Source of the DNA: Octopus sinensis
Taxonomy: Eukaryota
Reading direction: 5' to 3'
Assembly (NCBI RefSeq): GCF_006345805.1
Contig: NC_043005.1
Location: 94,302,001 to 94,366,000 of the forward strand
DNA length: 64,000 bases
Shown here: one piece after another, positions 12,335 through 25,814 of the stretch
Layout: every line of letters begins with the position of its first letter
How positions within the stretch are numbered: position 1 is the first letter of the stretch
Translations under genes and position numbers: made by a program
The notes under the pieces: model-generated
Told to the model about the DNA's origin: nothing
The model's input: only the letters and a program-made list of their open reading frames with translations
Databases searched by the model: none

Positions 12335-12830
12335 CTAGCGAGGGCCAGTCAGGCGGTACTGGCAACGGCCATGCTCAAATGGTGCTTTTTATGTGCCATC
12401 TGCACAGGAGCCAGTCCAGTGGCACTGACAACGACCTTGCTCGAATGTTTTTTCATGTGCCACCAGCACAAGTGCTAGTAGGCAACCCAGGTAATAATCA
12501 CGCTCGGAATGATGTTCCGCACCGGAGCCCGTCCGCAGCGGCCCCGGTGTGCGGCAGTCGGATCGCAAACCGTTTTTGCTCCGCGAATGCTTCTTGTTTG
12601 TTTTCGCTTCCTCCCCAGCGTTGGAGGAGGAAGCGCGCGCGTATACGAACGGCGGCCGAATTCGTGAGCGCTCGCGCCTCTGTTTTCGGCCCGCCGATTC
12701 CTTTTCTTCTCGTTTTTCTTCTCGGAATGATGTTTTTGGCTCGAAGGTCAGCTCGTTGTTCTGGCTCCGATCTCACTCGTATGGTTCTCTTAGCACTCCA
12801 CTAGCACGGATGCCAGTCATCGATTGTTAA
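12335..12830 (-). mobile_element. RTE 3'UTR/SINE fragment interrupted by a 204 bp ETS-like insert (12517-12720)
   Basis: GCCAGTCAGGCGGTACTGGCAACGGCCATGCTC..ATGGTGCTTTTTATGTGCC motifs before the insert and ..CACTAGCACGGATGCCAGTCATCGA after it. The insert repeats 11807-11969 and is flanked by CTCGGAATGATGTT at 12503-12516 and 12721-12734. Confidence 0.75.
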
Positions 12831-14015
12831 TATTTAATTGTCTTTGAATGTTTTTGCTGCAACCCACAACACATTTCCGTGGGTGAAAGCAAGGCTAAAT
12901 GCTAGCATAGACAGGCACCTTCGTTTTATTATTAAAGAAAGTTTTTATCCTTTCAGGGACGATAAATTAAGCACCAGTTGCGTACTGGGGTCGATCTAAT
13001 CAATTGGCCCACTCCCCCAAAATTTCGGGCCTAGAGTAGAAAGGATTGAATTCCAAATATTAGCCAATTTGTCCCAAAGTTATCTCAATGTAAAATTAAC
13101 GAATAGAATGTCATTTATCTCCCCCTTGATTTCTGATGTTATCTAACACAAGATGGCATGAATCAGCCAAGCTCTACCTGCTAGAAATAGCAACCCAAAT
13201 GCTTTTAAGTCACATCCCAATGCTGGATGTTCAAGAACCAATTGAAGGGCAGATTTTTAATCTTAGGATCATCCTGATTCCAGAAGGATATAATATGTTT
13301 ATGTGGAGCAAATGTAGACTGAGATACTGAGAATTTCGTGTTTGTAAATAGGAGATGCAACATATATTACATGACATTTACTGTGATATCATGAGAATAA
13401 ATCATTAGAAGAACTAGCAAGTCAGTCTATTTAGTGAGAGATATCAGGCTTGGATTTGAATATACAAGTGCAATGAAAGTACACACTATGGAAGTATAAA
13501 CTATGGAATGTTAATGGAAATGCACCACAGCAGTTATAAAAAAACATAAAATACAAAAATAAAAAAAAAAGAGAGAAAATGGCTAAAAAAATCCATATTA
13601 TTCCTGTAAATTGTCTTCCCATATTTTGCACAATGTAACGATATTTGCAACAGGAAAACTGGAATCTGAAGCTGGAAATATTGTACTTTAAGTGTAAAAA
13701 CCATTTCTGCATGTCAAGTTTTAGGAATTTTGTGGAATAATGGCTCTCTCTTTTCTAACTGTTAACAGAATATTTATGTGTGAGAAAGTTTAAAAAAGTT
13801 ATTTTTAGAGTATAAGAAAGAGTGCCTTAGCATGGTGGAAGTGATTTGGAGAGAAAGAAAAAGTGTGTGAATCAAGAGAGATCTGTTTCTTCTTCAGTTA
13901 CATATTTAATTTGTTCTTAGAATACTTCAGCACTAGAAATTAAGTCATTCGGGATAATTTCACTAAAGCTGAACCAAAAAGCAAACATAAGAGAAAAGTG
14001 AAAACCAGTTATTTA

Positions 14016-14384
14016 TTACTAGCACTATGACCCGGCATTGCCAGGTCATAGTGCTAGTGCATGCATATACAGCCCTGTGCGTGCACACATACACGCGAAT
14101 ACTGTCCAAATCTCCAACTAATTACATACAGCTAGTTGGCATTCAATTGGCGTATCAAGTTTCGGGCATTTTGATTGGGTTTTGGATAGAAAATTCACAA
14201 AAAAGTCACTTCTATTGATTTTTTAATGGCTTTGCGGGGAGACTGGGGAAATGTAAAGATGTGCACGACCACCCTTGGACGGTTTTGAATGACCATAGAA
14301 AGTGTGAGCCCTCTAACTGAAAAATTGTGGATTTGTATAAAGCACACACACACAGACAGACATTTTGCCGTTTATATATATAGA
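14016..14384 (+). mobile_element. Non-autonomous Helentron/HINE-like element
   Basis: Starts TACTAGCAC..CCCGGC with a 15 bp perfect stem (14018-14032 / 14044-14058) and ends (CA)n-ACAGACAGACATTTTGCCGTTTATATATATAG, the DINE-1/Lep1-like layout. Confidence 0.6.
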
Positions 14385-15652
14385 AATATTTTGGTTTTGA
14401 AGTAGCAACTTCACTGGCTTACCCATGATGTCTCCATAAAATCTGAAGCGGACTTCAGTTTTCTATGAAAGAGTCATGAAGTACTTAAGGCCTTGACTTT
14501 TCTGCAAACAGCTTTCATAAGAGAAACATAGCTAAACAACTGCCGTTCCTGTTGAAGAATCCTGTGATGCAAGTAAGAGTCAGCAACCATAGTAGAAAAG
14601 AGATGATATGAAATGCAAACAGTTTTATAAACTCATTACTAAAATGAAAGTAAGTAAAAAAGTTTTACGGGTTGGTGTGCTGGTAATTGTCCGTTTGAGG
14701 ACCATTGCGTTTGGCATTAAATGTTGCAATGTAGAATTTGACTGAACTGTTCAAATAAGATAAGTACCCATCAAATACTGAGATTGATCCAGTTAACAGC
14801 TTTCCAGGTTTGAAGTGCAGAGTTTCATTTGGTTACATGAAAGCTATAGTATCCTAATATGGCCAATAATTCTTTCTACGATAAACTTAAGGCCTGAAAT
14901 TTGCAGAGAGGCACTAATCAACCCCTGTGCTCAGTTGGTACTTATTTTACTGACCTCCAAAAGGACGAAAGGCAAAGTTGGCCTAGGCGGAATTTGATCT
15001 CAGAACATAAAACTGGAAGAAATGCCACTAAACATTTTGCCTGGCATGCTAATGCCAGTTTGACAGCTAAATAATAACAATAATAATTTCTACTGTAGAT
15101 ACAAGGACAAAATTTTGGTGGGTGGGAGGAAAAGTGTTAACTGGATCAATCTCAGTATTTGATGGGTACTTATCTTATTTGAACAGTTCAGTAAATGGAT
15201 TACAATGTTGAAGATTTCATAGGTATGTAGTGAAAACGAAATGTGGAAATATGATGCTTTAACTGTTTAGCATTCAGATTTTTATTCATTCACATTGTTT
15301 TAAATTAATTATGCATTCAAGATTTTGATGATGTGATTGTTTATTTTCAGAATGACATTGTAGGATAGGTATGAGAAGATAAATAAAGAGATAGACCTTT
15401 TAAAAATCAAACCAACTTGTACACAAAAAGGATGTCATGGTTGACTTGTTATCTGTGGTTGAAATATATAAAACATATTGAATACAAGTGAGATCCATAA
15501 TGCACTTCATTGATGCAGTTGTGTCTGTCTTGTTAAGGTGCAACATAAATGCATTAATTTTCTAGGTAGATTGGAGATTAACTGGTTTTAAAACTGTCCT
15601 GCATGAGAAAAAACTGCAGTCATTTGCATTTTCTCAAAGTTGGAAAATAATA

Positions 15653-15685
<33 letters not shown>

Positions 15686-15860
15686 GTTTTTGATTTGAGC
15701 ACAAGGCCACCAATTTTGAGGGGAGGAGTTTTAGTCTATACTGTTGGCCCCAGTGTGTGTTTATTAGTTAGCAGATGGATTTTAATGGCTGTCTACTTCT
15801 CTAAACCTAGTAGTAATGAAATCATAGCAACATCATAAATTTGACATACCCGACAAATGA

Positions 15861-16323
15861 AGTGAGTTCATGGCTCACAGGACGGCCTGCTGTGCTTACC
15901 TTGGATCGTAGAGTGACCCGCTGTTCTTGAGGAGACCTATTGAGTCAAGTACATCAACATCAAAATAAGAATTCAAATGGAAATTGTAGTTGACACCTGT
16001 GCCGGTGACACGTAAAATACCCCGTCCGAACTTGGTAGATGCCAGCGCCGCCTGACTGGCATCCATGTCAGTGGCGCGTAAAAAGCACCAACCAATCGTG
16101 GCCGTTTGCCAGCCTGCTCTGGCCCCTGTGCCGGTGGCACATAAAAAATACCCACAACACTCATGGAGTGGTTGGTGTTAGGAAGGGCACCCAGCTGTAG
16201 AAACACTGCCAAACCAGACTGGAGCCTGGTGCAGCCTCCATGGCTTACCAGACCCCGGTCGAACCGTCCAACCCATGCTAGCATGGAAAACGGATGTTAA
16301 ATGATGATGATGATGATGATGAT
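15861..16323 (+). mobile_element. RTE LINE 3' end / derived SINE with (GAT)n tail
   Basis: ...GAAGGGCACCCAGCTGTAGAAAC..CCATGCTAGCATGGAAAACGGATGTTAAATGATGATGAT. Same family at 17481-17760, 19999-20260 and in each Helitron unit. Confidence 0.8.
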
Positions 16324-17480
16324 CCACGAGGGAATTTGGCAGACAAAAACTGCAGGAAGCTTTGTGTGTGTGTGTATGTATGTGTGCACATACACACATA
16401 CATATATATATTTATCATACATGAATGAGTGTGTGTACTTATATTCCATATGGATATTGATATTCTTTGACCAATACTGTGAGTGAATTTGGTAGATGGA
16501 AACTGAGTAGAAAGTCTGTTTGTAAGCGTGTGTGTCTTTGTCCTCTGCACTGCTTGGTCTGTGTTGGTCTGTTTGCATCTCCATAACTTAGCAGTTTAAC
16601 AAACAAGACAGATAAAATATATACCAGACTTTAAAAAACAGTACTGGGGTAATCTTCAACTAAAACCACTTCAAGTTGGTACTCCACATGGTCACACTCC
16701 AAAGAGTAAAACAAGTAAAAAAAATAAGCTTTGAGCATTTAAAGACCTGTTGAATAAAGAAATCTTGTACTTGAAAAACAGGTAACGGTTGACAACTAGA
16801 AGAGCATCTGGCTGTAAAATCCCGTTTCAAACAATTATTATCCAAACCCATGTTGGTATGAGGAACAGACATGAAGCAAATGAATGAAGTTGTAGGTTCT
16901 AATATAGGAAATTCGATGGAAATAGCAGGTCTTTTGTCTTTTCATACTGGGACCGATGTTACAAAGCAAACACAGATTCATCTAAACTTCATTATAATCT
17001 TATTTACATCATCATCACTTTAATGTCCACACACACACACCCTCATCAGAGTTTAATTTCCATTTTTTATGCTCTTGTGGGTTGGATGGTTCAACAAGAA
17101 CAGATGAGTCACAGGATTGCACCAAACTCCAATGCCTGTTCTGGCACTGTTTCTACTGCTGGATCTCCTTCCTAATGCCAACCACTTCACAGAGTGTACT
17201 GGGTGCTTTTCTTTTTTTGTGGCACCAGCACTAATGAAGTTACCAAGTAACTCACAAGACAAAACCCTTCAACTGTGTAGGTGTTTTATTAAATCTATCT
17301 CTTTCAATATACCAAACCTGAATCCACTCACAAGGCCCAAAGTCATAGAAAGAGATAGCTGCCCAAGTTGCTGTGCAGTGGGATTGAACCTGAAACCACA
17401 TGGTTGAAAAGCAAACTTCTCAATCACATGGCTATCCCATTTGTTGACTGACTGTTGATTTTTGGTTGTTGATTTAAAAG

Positions 17481-17760
17481 TCATCATCATCATCATCGTT
17501 TAACATCCGCTTTCCATGCTAGCATGGGTGGGACGATTTTGACTGAGGTCTGGCAAACCAGATGGTTGCACCAGGCTCCAATCTTGATCTGGCAGAGTTT
17601 CTACACTCCGAGTGTAGCGGCTGCTTTTACATGCCACCAGCATGAGAGCCAGTCAGGCAACGACCATGCCCAAATGGTGTTTTTTTACGTGCCACCTGCA
17701 CCAGTGCCAGTAAGGCGACGCTGGTAACAATCATGCTTGAATGGTGCTTTTTATGTGCTC
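17481..17760 (-). mobile_element. RTE 3' end / SINE copy
   Basis: (CAT)n-CGTTTAACATCCGCTTTCCATGCTAGCATGGG... Confidence 0.8.
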
Positions 17761-18017
17761 TACCTAATCTTTGCATTAGCTTATAAATGGCTGAGTATCT
17801 CACACACATGTCGACTCTTAATGTAATCCTGAAGTAGAACCAGTCTCTGATAAAGTTGGCTTTTTGAATTACAGGTACTCTCCATCTGATGAGCTTCAGT
17901 ACAGTTTCTGTTTAACCAATTTCACTCACAGTACTTTTGTTACATTGAGGATATGGCTAAAAGACCTATGTTCATGATGCAATGCAATGGGACCAAACCT
18001 ACAGTCTCGTGATTGTC

Positions 18018-18385
18018 GTGGCTGTGTGGTGAGAAGCTTGGTTTCCAACCAGATGGTTCCAGGTTCAGTCCCACTGTGTGACACATTGTGCAAGTGTCTT
18101 CTGCTATAGCTTTGAGACAACCAAAGCCTTGTGAGTGGATTTGGGAGATGGAAACTGAAAGAAGCCCATTCTATATGTGTGTGTGTGTCTTTGTGGCTGT
18201 GCTTGTCCCCCCCCACTTGACAACTGGTATTAGTGTGTGTACATTCTTGTAACTTAGCAGTTCAGCAAAAAAGACTGATAGAATAAAAAAGACAAGTAGT
18301 AAGGTTGATTCATTCAACTGAAAATTCTTAAAAGTGGTGCCCCAGCATGGCCACAGTCTAATGACTGAAACAAATAAAAGACAAA
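18018..18385 (+). mobile_element. tRNA-derived SINE, near full length
   Basis: Head GTGGCTGTGTGG (A box) ... GGTTCAGTCCC (B box), body GCCTTGTGAGTGGATTTGG..GGAAACTGAAAGAAGCCC, tail CAGCATGGCCACAGTCTAATGACTGAAAC. Confidence 0.8.
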
Positions 18386-18959
18386 AGCAAAATAGAAGAT
18401 GTATTCAGAAAACAGTATTGACTTCTGTGTTTCATTACAGATAAAATTTAGTGATTTTAGGAAAGACAATCAGCATGAGTGAGATGGAATTTGTTGAAGC
18501 AAATTTTCTCTGGCCAGATGTCATCCTTCCTGCCACCAACACTTACCTGTTTTCAAGCAAGGTAATATTTCTCATGGTAAGATGGTAAGTAAATAAGTTG
18601 GCTACTAGAAGGGCAGTCAGTCATGAAACACTGCCATGGAAAATCTGTCCAACTTACTTCAGCATGAAAGAGAGGATGGAAAATAATGATGAAGATGTTG
18701 AAGAGAAAGTATTATTATCAAGGGTCACAAGTTCAACAGACTTAAAAAAAAAATCATGTTGTGCAGCTTATTGATTGAAGCCAAGGGTTCTCGTGTCTTC
18801 TCTCTTAGTGTAATCATCATAGGTTGCTGTTTATATTGTTGCTGCAACAATCTATAATCATTAGGTTTTTTTAATACTCATCAAGTTCGGTTCAATTTTA
18901 GACTTCAGACTAATTATGTTTCTCTAAGGTTGGCTTTCTTCTTCTTCATAGATATACCT

Positions 18960-19170
18960 ATTTCTTTACTACCCACAAGGGGTTAAACACAGAGAGGACA
19001 AACAAAGACAGACAGATGGATTAAGTCAATTATATCAACCCCAGTGCATAACTGGTACTTATTTAATCGACCCCGTCAACCTCGGCAGAATTTGAACTCA
19101 GAACGTAGCGGCAGATGAAATGCCGCTAAGCATTTTGCCTGGCATGCTAACGATTCAGCCAGCTTGCCAC
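18960..19170 (-). mobile_element. SINE of the second family with a 16 bp target-site duplication
   Basis: Reverse copy of the 55390-55620 family, flanked by CTTCATAGATAT(A/T)CCT at 18944-18959 and 19171-19186. Confidence 0.85.
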
Positions 19171-19919
19171 CTTCATAGATATTCCTGTTTTTGTCACCAA
19201 GATTTTACTGTAATTCCTTGTCTTATTTACCATGTGCACCTCACCAAAACCAAAGCCTGATTGCAATGTGTCATAGGCTTCATCTAAGCCCTTAAGTTAA
19301 TGTAACTTGAATGCAGATCCTTATTATTTCCATCATTTATAAAAAGAGAAAAATTAGTTTTATATATCAACCAAAAGCAAAGCTCTCCATGAGCTTGAAA
19401 ACTGAAACTGTCACAATAAACATAGATCAAGGTAAACAATGGCATTTTGTATTCTACCATTATTTTCTCAAGTGGTTCCTTCAACTTGTTAGTTAATGTG
19501 TCCAAACATTAGTGAAGTAGCAATTTATTATTTCCTAATTTCTATTATTAAATATAATTACATGGATTAGTGGATTTAGTGCATAAATTTGGTCCGTTGC
19601 TCTTCTGAGTTCAGTTTGATTTCTGTTTCCCCAGGGGTTTGACTCCAGTTAAAATATCAAGTACAAAATAGTGTGGCTTATACACAAATAAATGCAGTCA
19701 TTTTTAATTAGTAAATATTCCTTTAAATTAATAAGTACAATAGCCTTTTAATTATTAGGTTAATAAAATAATAATACTTCTTAATTAATATGTACAATGG
19801 GTTTTTTTATTACTAGATAAATGTTTCAAACTTACATTTTTATAAAAAAAAAAAGACATAGAAAACTCCTTTCAATTAATAAATACAGCAACTCTTTAAC
19901 CACAAGGTTAATAACTTCT

Positions 19920-20385
19920 TTAACCCTTTATCATTCAGATTATTCATCAAATGTTATGCTAATTTATTCATTGTTTTGAATTAATCATGCATAATCTCTG
20001 GCTGCCATGCAGGTAACATGTAAAAAGCACCTTTTGAGCGGAGTCGTTGCCAGAACCACCAGTCTGGCGCTTGTGCCAGTGGCACGTAAAAGCACCCACT
20101 ACACTCTCGGAGTGGTTGGCATTAGGAAGGGCATCCAGCTGTAGAAATTTTGCCTGATCAGACTGAGCCTGGTGCAGCCTTCTGGCTTGCCAGTCCTCAG
20201 TCAAGCCGTCCAACTCATGCCAGCATGGAAAGTGGACGTTAAACGACGACGATGATGATGAATCTCATAGCTTCAAGATTTTGATGATCATTATCAGTTT
20301 TAGAATGATATTGTAGAGTAGGTGTGAGAGGCCAGATCTGGCTGGTCTGAGCAGAAAATAGGTAGAATAAATGCTAATGGGTTAA
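19920..20385. mobile_element. piggyBac-like MITE with TTAA TSD, interrupted by an RTE-type SINE
   Basis: TTAA|CCCTTTA...ATGCTAATGGG|TTAA. Nested element 19999-20260 is flanked by AATCTC (19993-19998, 20261-20266). Confidence 0.8.
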
Positions 20386-20409
20386 TTTTTAATTTACAAA
20401 TACTTTCCC

Positions 20410-20615
20410 TCTCGTGTGTGACCCTTCTGTCTGAAGTCAGTCGCCATGATAGATCGTTAGCCACTACACATATCTTTTTTCTCTCCTTGTTTTTTCTGTA
20501 TCCCTTTCTGTAGAAGAGCGTAGGCTCAAAACGTAAAAGACTTTCTATTCCTGAGCGTTATACTAATACATCTGTTTGTCTTGGTCTTTTGTTTTTTTCG
20601 TAAGCTCTCCCTATA
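20410..20615 (+). mobile_element. Relic of a PLE pseudo-LTR with a decayed hammerhead motif
   Basis: CTTT-CTGTAGA-AGAGCgtagGCTC-AAAAC-GT-A-AAAG at 20503-20540 keeps the hammerhead stems but has two core mutations. Confidence 0.45.
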
Positions 20616-22820
20616 AATACAATATCCTTTTCAAGTAATAACTACAATGGCTGTTTAATTACTTATTAATAAAAGTAAATTATCTTAAATTTTTAATTAA
20701 TAAATACAAGATTGTTTTCATTAACCAGTAAAATACCCTTTTAATTACAGACATTTATTTCTTAAACCCTTAGGGAAGATGGGCTGTGTTGATGTTGGTG
20801 AACTCAGAAACTCAAAGTACCAAAGCAAGAATCTCAATCACTAGGTTCAATTCAGTGCCACAGGTAATATCTTTACCGTTATTGCTCAGTGCAAACTATC
20901 TGCTATTTCAAAAGACAAAAGGCTTTTTGCAAAGGTGTCTAGATTAGGAATAGTGAATCAAGGGTCCATCTGAAGTGAGAGTACAACTTGCCTGTGGAGC
21001 ATCACTCTAATTTAGTATAACTGGGATTTGATAGGAACTTTGTGGGACTCATACTGATACACCTCCGCTTGAGATCAAAGCCTATAAAAAAGATATGTGG
21101 AAAAGAACATTACTTCAGGAAGCATTCTGAGAAAATGTTTCTGTCGTGCATCATAAATGGTAAAAACACGAAGCTCCTTCTATGAGGTGATGCCTATTAG
21201 AAAGGTGATGAGAGAGAAAAAAATATACATAGAGAGCCTGCAAACAATAGATAGATAAAGAGATAAATAGAGATAGAGGGGTGAAGAGGGAGGGAATGAA
21301 ATAGACAACTAAATAATTTGCATTTTCATAAAGTAGAGTTTCGGCATGGCAGCATTTTATCTGCAAATAATTCAAATAGCAGCAAACATTGGCTTAAATT
21401 TCTACTAACTTGGAGAGAAATGATTTATTTTTCTGACTGTGATAACATGTTGCACAGTGATTTGCATTTTGGGTTCACAGCAGTTGGGTTATGGGTTCAA
21501 TTCTTGAACCAGTTGGCACGATGGCAAGACATTTCAGTTTTTACTGAAAATGAGAATAAGTGACCGCTGGTTGGGTTAATCTTGTGATGGGCCAGTGTAC
21601 TTTCAGTCACTTGAATACCACAGAAATTGAGACAAGCTCTGGTCTCATAGGCATGGAGTCTTGCAATAGACGTTAACTTGTGGCAGTATGGTTAAGAAGC
21701 TTGTACTTTTGGGTTCAATCCCATTGAACAGCACCTTGGGCAATTATCTTCTAATAGTTCAGGGCCAACCTATGTCTTGTGAATGGATTTGGCAGATGGA
21801 AACCAAAAAAAGTCCATCATATATAAATATATATGCATATGTATGTGTGTGCATCTGTGTTTATATGTTTGTGTATGCCTTTGTCTAGGACATCACATGC
21901 TGGTTGTAAACGAGTATCATTATCAACAAGTGAGGTTGCTCTTTTACTATTTTCAGTGAAAAACATGTCTGGGAAAATATTAACTCGCTTGGAAACAGGT
22001 GAAGGTTGATGACAGGAAGGGCATCCAGCTGTAGAAAATCTGTCTCAACAGTTGTTATCTGACACATGGAAACAGGGACATTAAATGAAAATGATGATGA
22101 AAATTGGATATTATTAAGGATGCATGTATAAGTGATTCAAAACCAGTATATTACTGGTATAGTAATTATCAATCTGTAATGGATAAGAACAGTGTTAACT
22201 ATGGCAGAACTATGAACTCAGGATGTAGAAAGATTTTAATTAAACATTGAAGCATTCAGTCTGGTGAATTAAATCTGCCAATAGTTTGTCAGTTTTACTG
22301 GAAGAAGTGAAGGAAAGAGATGAAATGAAAGACGAAAAAGCAAAGGAAGAAGACGAAGTAGAAAGGAGAAGTGAAAGAAGTAGTGGAGAAAGAAATGAAA
22401 GATGAGAAAGAAGCAGTAAAAGAAGTTGAAGAAGGAAGAAGAAATCAAAGGAAGTAGAAGGAAAAAATAGAGAGGAAGGAGAAGAGATGAAAAAGATGAA
22501 AAAAATTGCAAAGACAAGTACAACTTTGGTAAATAATCTAAGAGAATGGAACATCATTGAAATCATGATTAGATAAAGAAAGTAACAACAAGGGCAAGGT
22601 ATTCTGAAAAATATTGTTATTTCATAAAAATATTGAAATATAAAAAATTACAAATGAAAAAAAAGACATTATTGAAAAAGTTTACATTTAAAAATACAAT
22701 TTAAAAATTTCTCTTGAATATTTCATAGTTAAATAGCTATAATAATATTATATAGCTGAATAACTGTATAGAATATGTAATATACAAGAATTGTATTGTA
22801 TCAAAATATTATACATACAT

Positions 22821-22886
<66 letters not shown>

Positions 22887-22983
22887 ATTGGATGTGTTTA
22901 TATGGAACTTATGTATTTATGCATATGTTCAGAAACCAATAAACAAGAGTGAAAGGAGCAAGAGGGAGCATGTGGAGAAGTTG

Positions 22984-23033
<50 letters not shown>

Positions 23034-25814
23034 TGTGTGTGTGCATGTATAGAGAAGTGTTATCACTATTACTGAGATACAGATACATTAAGTAAATAAC
23101 AAACACATGTTGCTGTATGATGAAGAACTGGAAAGAGCAGTCAACATATCACTGCAAACAACAGAACAAAAAAAATATAACAATATTAATGTTAGTCTTG
23201 CTAGCTAATGTTTTTATATGTCCTTGTAATTCCATTTTAATGTTAGTAATAATATATTAAAGAAATTCAAAACTTGATATCGAGAAAGTAAATGAAAATA
23301 ATGTTGGCCCAGTGATTGAAAAGGTGACCCTACACAACAAGTATGTATGTATGTATAGATAGATATAGGCAGGTAAGTTTGAAGTGTCAGTTTTGTTATT
23401 AGAAATACATGTGAGTGAATAGTTTTTTTTAAAACAATGTATGCAAATAATAATAATAATAATAACAATAATAATAATCATAATAATAATAATAATAATA
23501 ATAATGGTTTTTTTAAAACAATGTATGTGCATGAGTGAGTTTCAAATATGTATTCAAATTTATGTCACTTTGTCAAACTAACAATCGGTTCTGCTTTCTC
23601 TGTGTCCATTCATCCATTCATGCAACCATCTATGAATTGATCAATCTATCAGTAACATCCTTTGCTGACCTACATGTCATACCCTATACCCATAAAGCAA
23701 TTTCTAGCTCAAAAGGCACCTGGTTAGCAGCATGATTTAAAGCAGAGAGTTAAGAGTCAAAGTGTGAGGGCACTTTTATAGGATTACGGATATATTTAGG
23801 GCAGCTTGTTTTTTTTTTTATGAGGTATAATTGACTTTTATGACTGCTTTTCTTTCCCCCAACACACATCCTCTCTTTCATTGGGTAATCTGCTGGTCCT
23901 TCTGTATGGAATCTGGCTCCACTAAGACGATACAAAAATATAAAAGAGTGAAAGAAAACCTTTGTGGATGTGAGGAAAGATGCATATGTAAGCATGTTGT
24001 ATAGTGGTGTGTGTGTGTGTGTGTGTGTGGTGTGTGTATGTAACAGAACAGTAGAAGAAAGGTAATACATAAATCAAAGGAGAAAATGAATAGTTCTGAA
24101 GAAGATAAATTTGAGGATACAACTGTACATTTATGTGTGAATATGTCAGTGTGTGTGTAAAATGAAAAGCAGGTGTGAGGGAGAAAGGGTAGGAGAGATA
24201 TTTGAGAGAATACATGTGTCTATGTCCGCTTAAGAAATACAATGAGTGGTGGTGGGGAGAGTGGGAGGAGTCAGAAAGTTGCTTGTAACTAAGAAGCTCA
24301 ACTAAATTATGTACATAAATTATTTTGTACATCAATGCTTATGTGAAAGTGTCATAGTATATGAGCAAGTGAGCAGATCTATCTATACATGCTTATTTTC
24401 CTAGAGTGCAAACAAATGATGGATAAGGAGGCTCTTATTAATCCTGGAAGAGAACACGTATTGTTCAAGCTAATCTTATTTCATGTCTATATCTAAAATT
24501 CTTATCAATTAGTTGAGAGACTTTCACAGAAATGGTATATTTGAATGGTTTTTAAGTATCAAAAGCATTCTAATGTTTTTTAAATCTAAAAGGAGTGTTT
24601 TAATGGTTTATAAGTCTAACTAGGATATTTTAATGCTTTGTTGTTGGAGATAATTTTACAATAAATTATTTTAAAATTAATAAAAATTTGTTAAACATTG
24701 TTAAACATTGTTAAATTTGTTAAACATTGTTAAGTCCTGATAGTGTAGATCTACCATCAAAATGACTTACCATCTGTGACCATTTCCTCTTTTATTTTTT
24801 CCGGCATAATATATTTACAACAGCCCCCTCCAATGTCTTTTTAAAGACAGTAATATGTGATATGAGGGGGATTTATCTGCTATCTCAAGCAGATTGGACA
24901 ACCACATAAAAGCTTACTTTGCTATCTTGTGCTAAACGTGCACGTGTTCAGCAGTGAAATGACAGAACTAGACACTGCAAATATGTTTATGTGCTTCAGT
25001 AGAAGTAGCTTAACCACCACAGCAGTGTAATTTAACCACCACAGCAGTGTAACTTAGTTATCAAGGCAATATAAAATGACCAGAGTAATGAAACTTTGGT
25101 ATTAGAGAAATGTTAGTTAACTCCTTTGGCAGTTTAACTCAGCTACCAAAGTAGTGTATCTTAGCTACTAGGGCAGAGTCCTAGACATGAAATCTTAGTA
25201 ACTTATATCCCAGACAAACAACATTTAGAAGTTGCTGTTAATTGCAGAACAGATAATTCTAGAAAATACATAAGTACCTAACATCTACTTAACAGGTAAT
25301 TCTAGAAAATATATTACCAAATGTGGTATTTGAATAACCAGGTCTTCATACAAACATTGTTTGTTTGTTTGTAGCAACTTCTGTCAGTCAAATATGAATG
25401 AAGTAACAAGTTGTCGCAGAAGTGGAATGAACATTGATTAACACTATACTTCAGATAGTTGTAAATATATCCTTAGGATTTTGCTTAGGTAAAGCAATAC
25501 TAATAACTGGTAGTTAGAACTCAATATGCATATACTTTAGAGCAGTGGTTACCACCTGGGAGCAGCAAAAAGATCCAGGGGGCCTTGGAGAAGTGGGGTG
25601 ATAATGGGGTAGCCAAGGGGCGATGGATGTAAAAACAATAAAATAATGGGTCAATTAAGTTTTATTTCTGAATTTGCTGCAGAAAGTGGTGGTGGTGGTG
25701 GTGGTAGTGGGGGAAGCATTAGGAATGTGGTCTGTGTACCAAAAGGGTGGTAGCCCGGAAAAGTTTGGGAGCTAATGTTTTAGAGTAAAGTATTAGGTGA
25801 GTACAGGGCATAAC

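Noticed and set aside
9036-12804. Dense overlapping Arg/Pro/Ala-rich ORFs suggesting a GC-rich bacterial or viral insert
   Set aside because: ORFs occur in all frames simply because high GC lowers stop frequency; the region is tandem subrepeats contiguous with eukaryotic 18S and has no gene-like organisation.
14419-14560. Candidate minus-strand exon ending in G|GTAAG
   Set aside because: All three frames contain stops from either plausible acceptor.
24685-25060. Short tandem duplications (TTGTTAAACA x4-5; 22 bp TTAACCACCACAGCAGTGTAA x2)
   Set aside because: Ordinary slippage-type minisatellites with no further structure.
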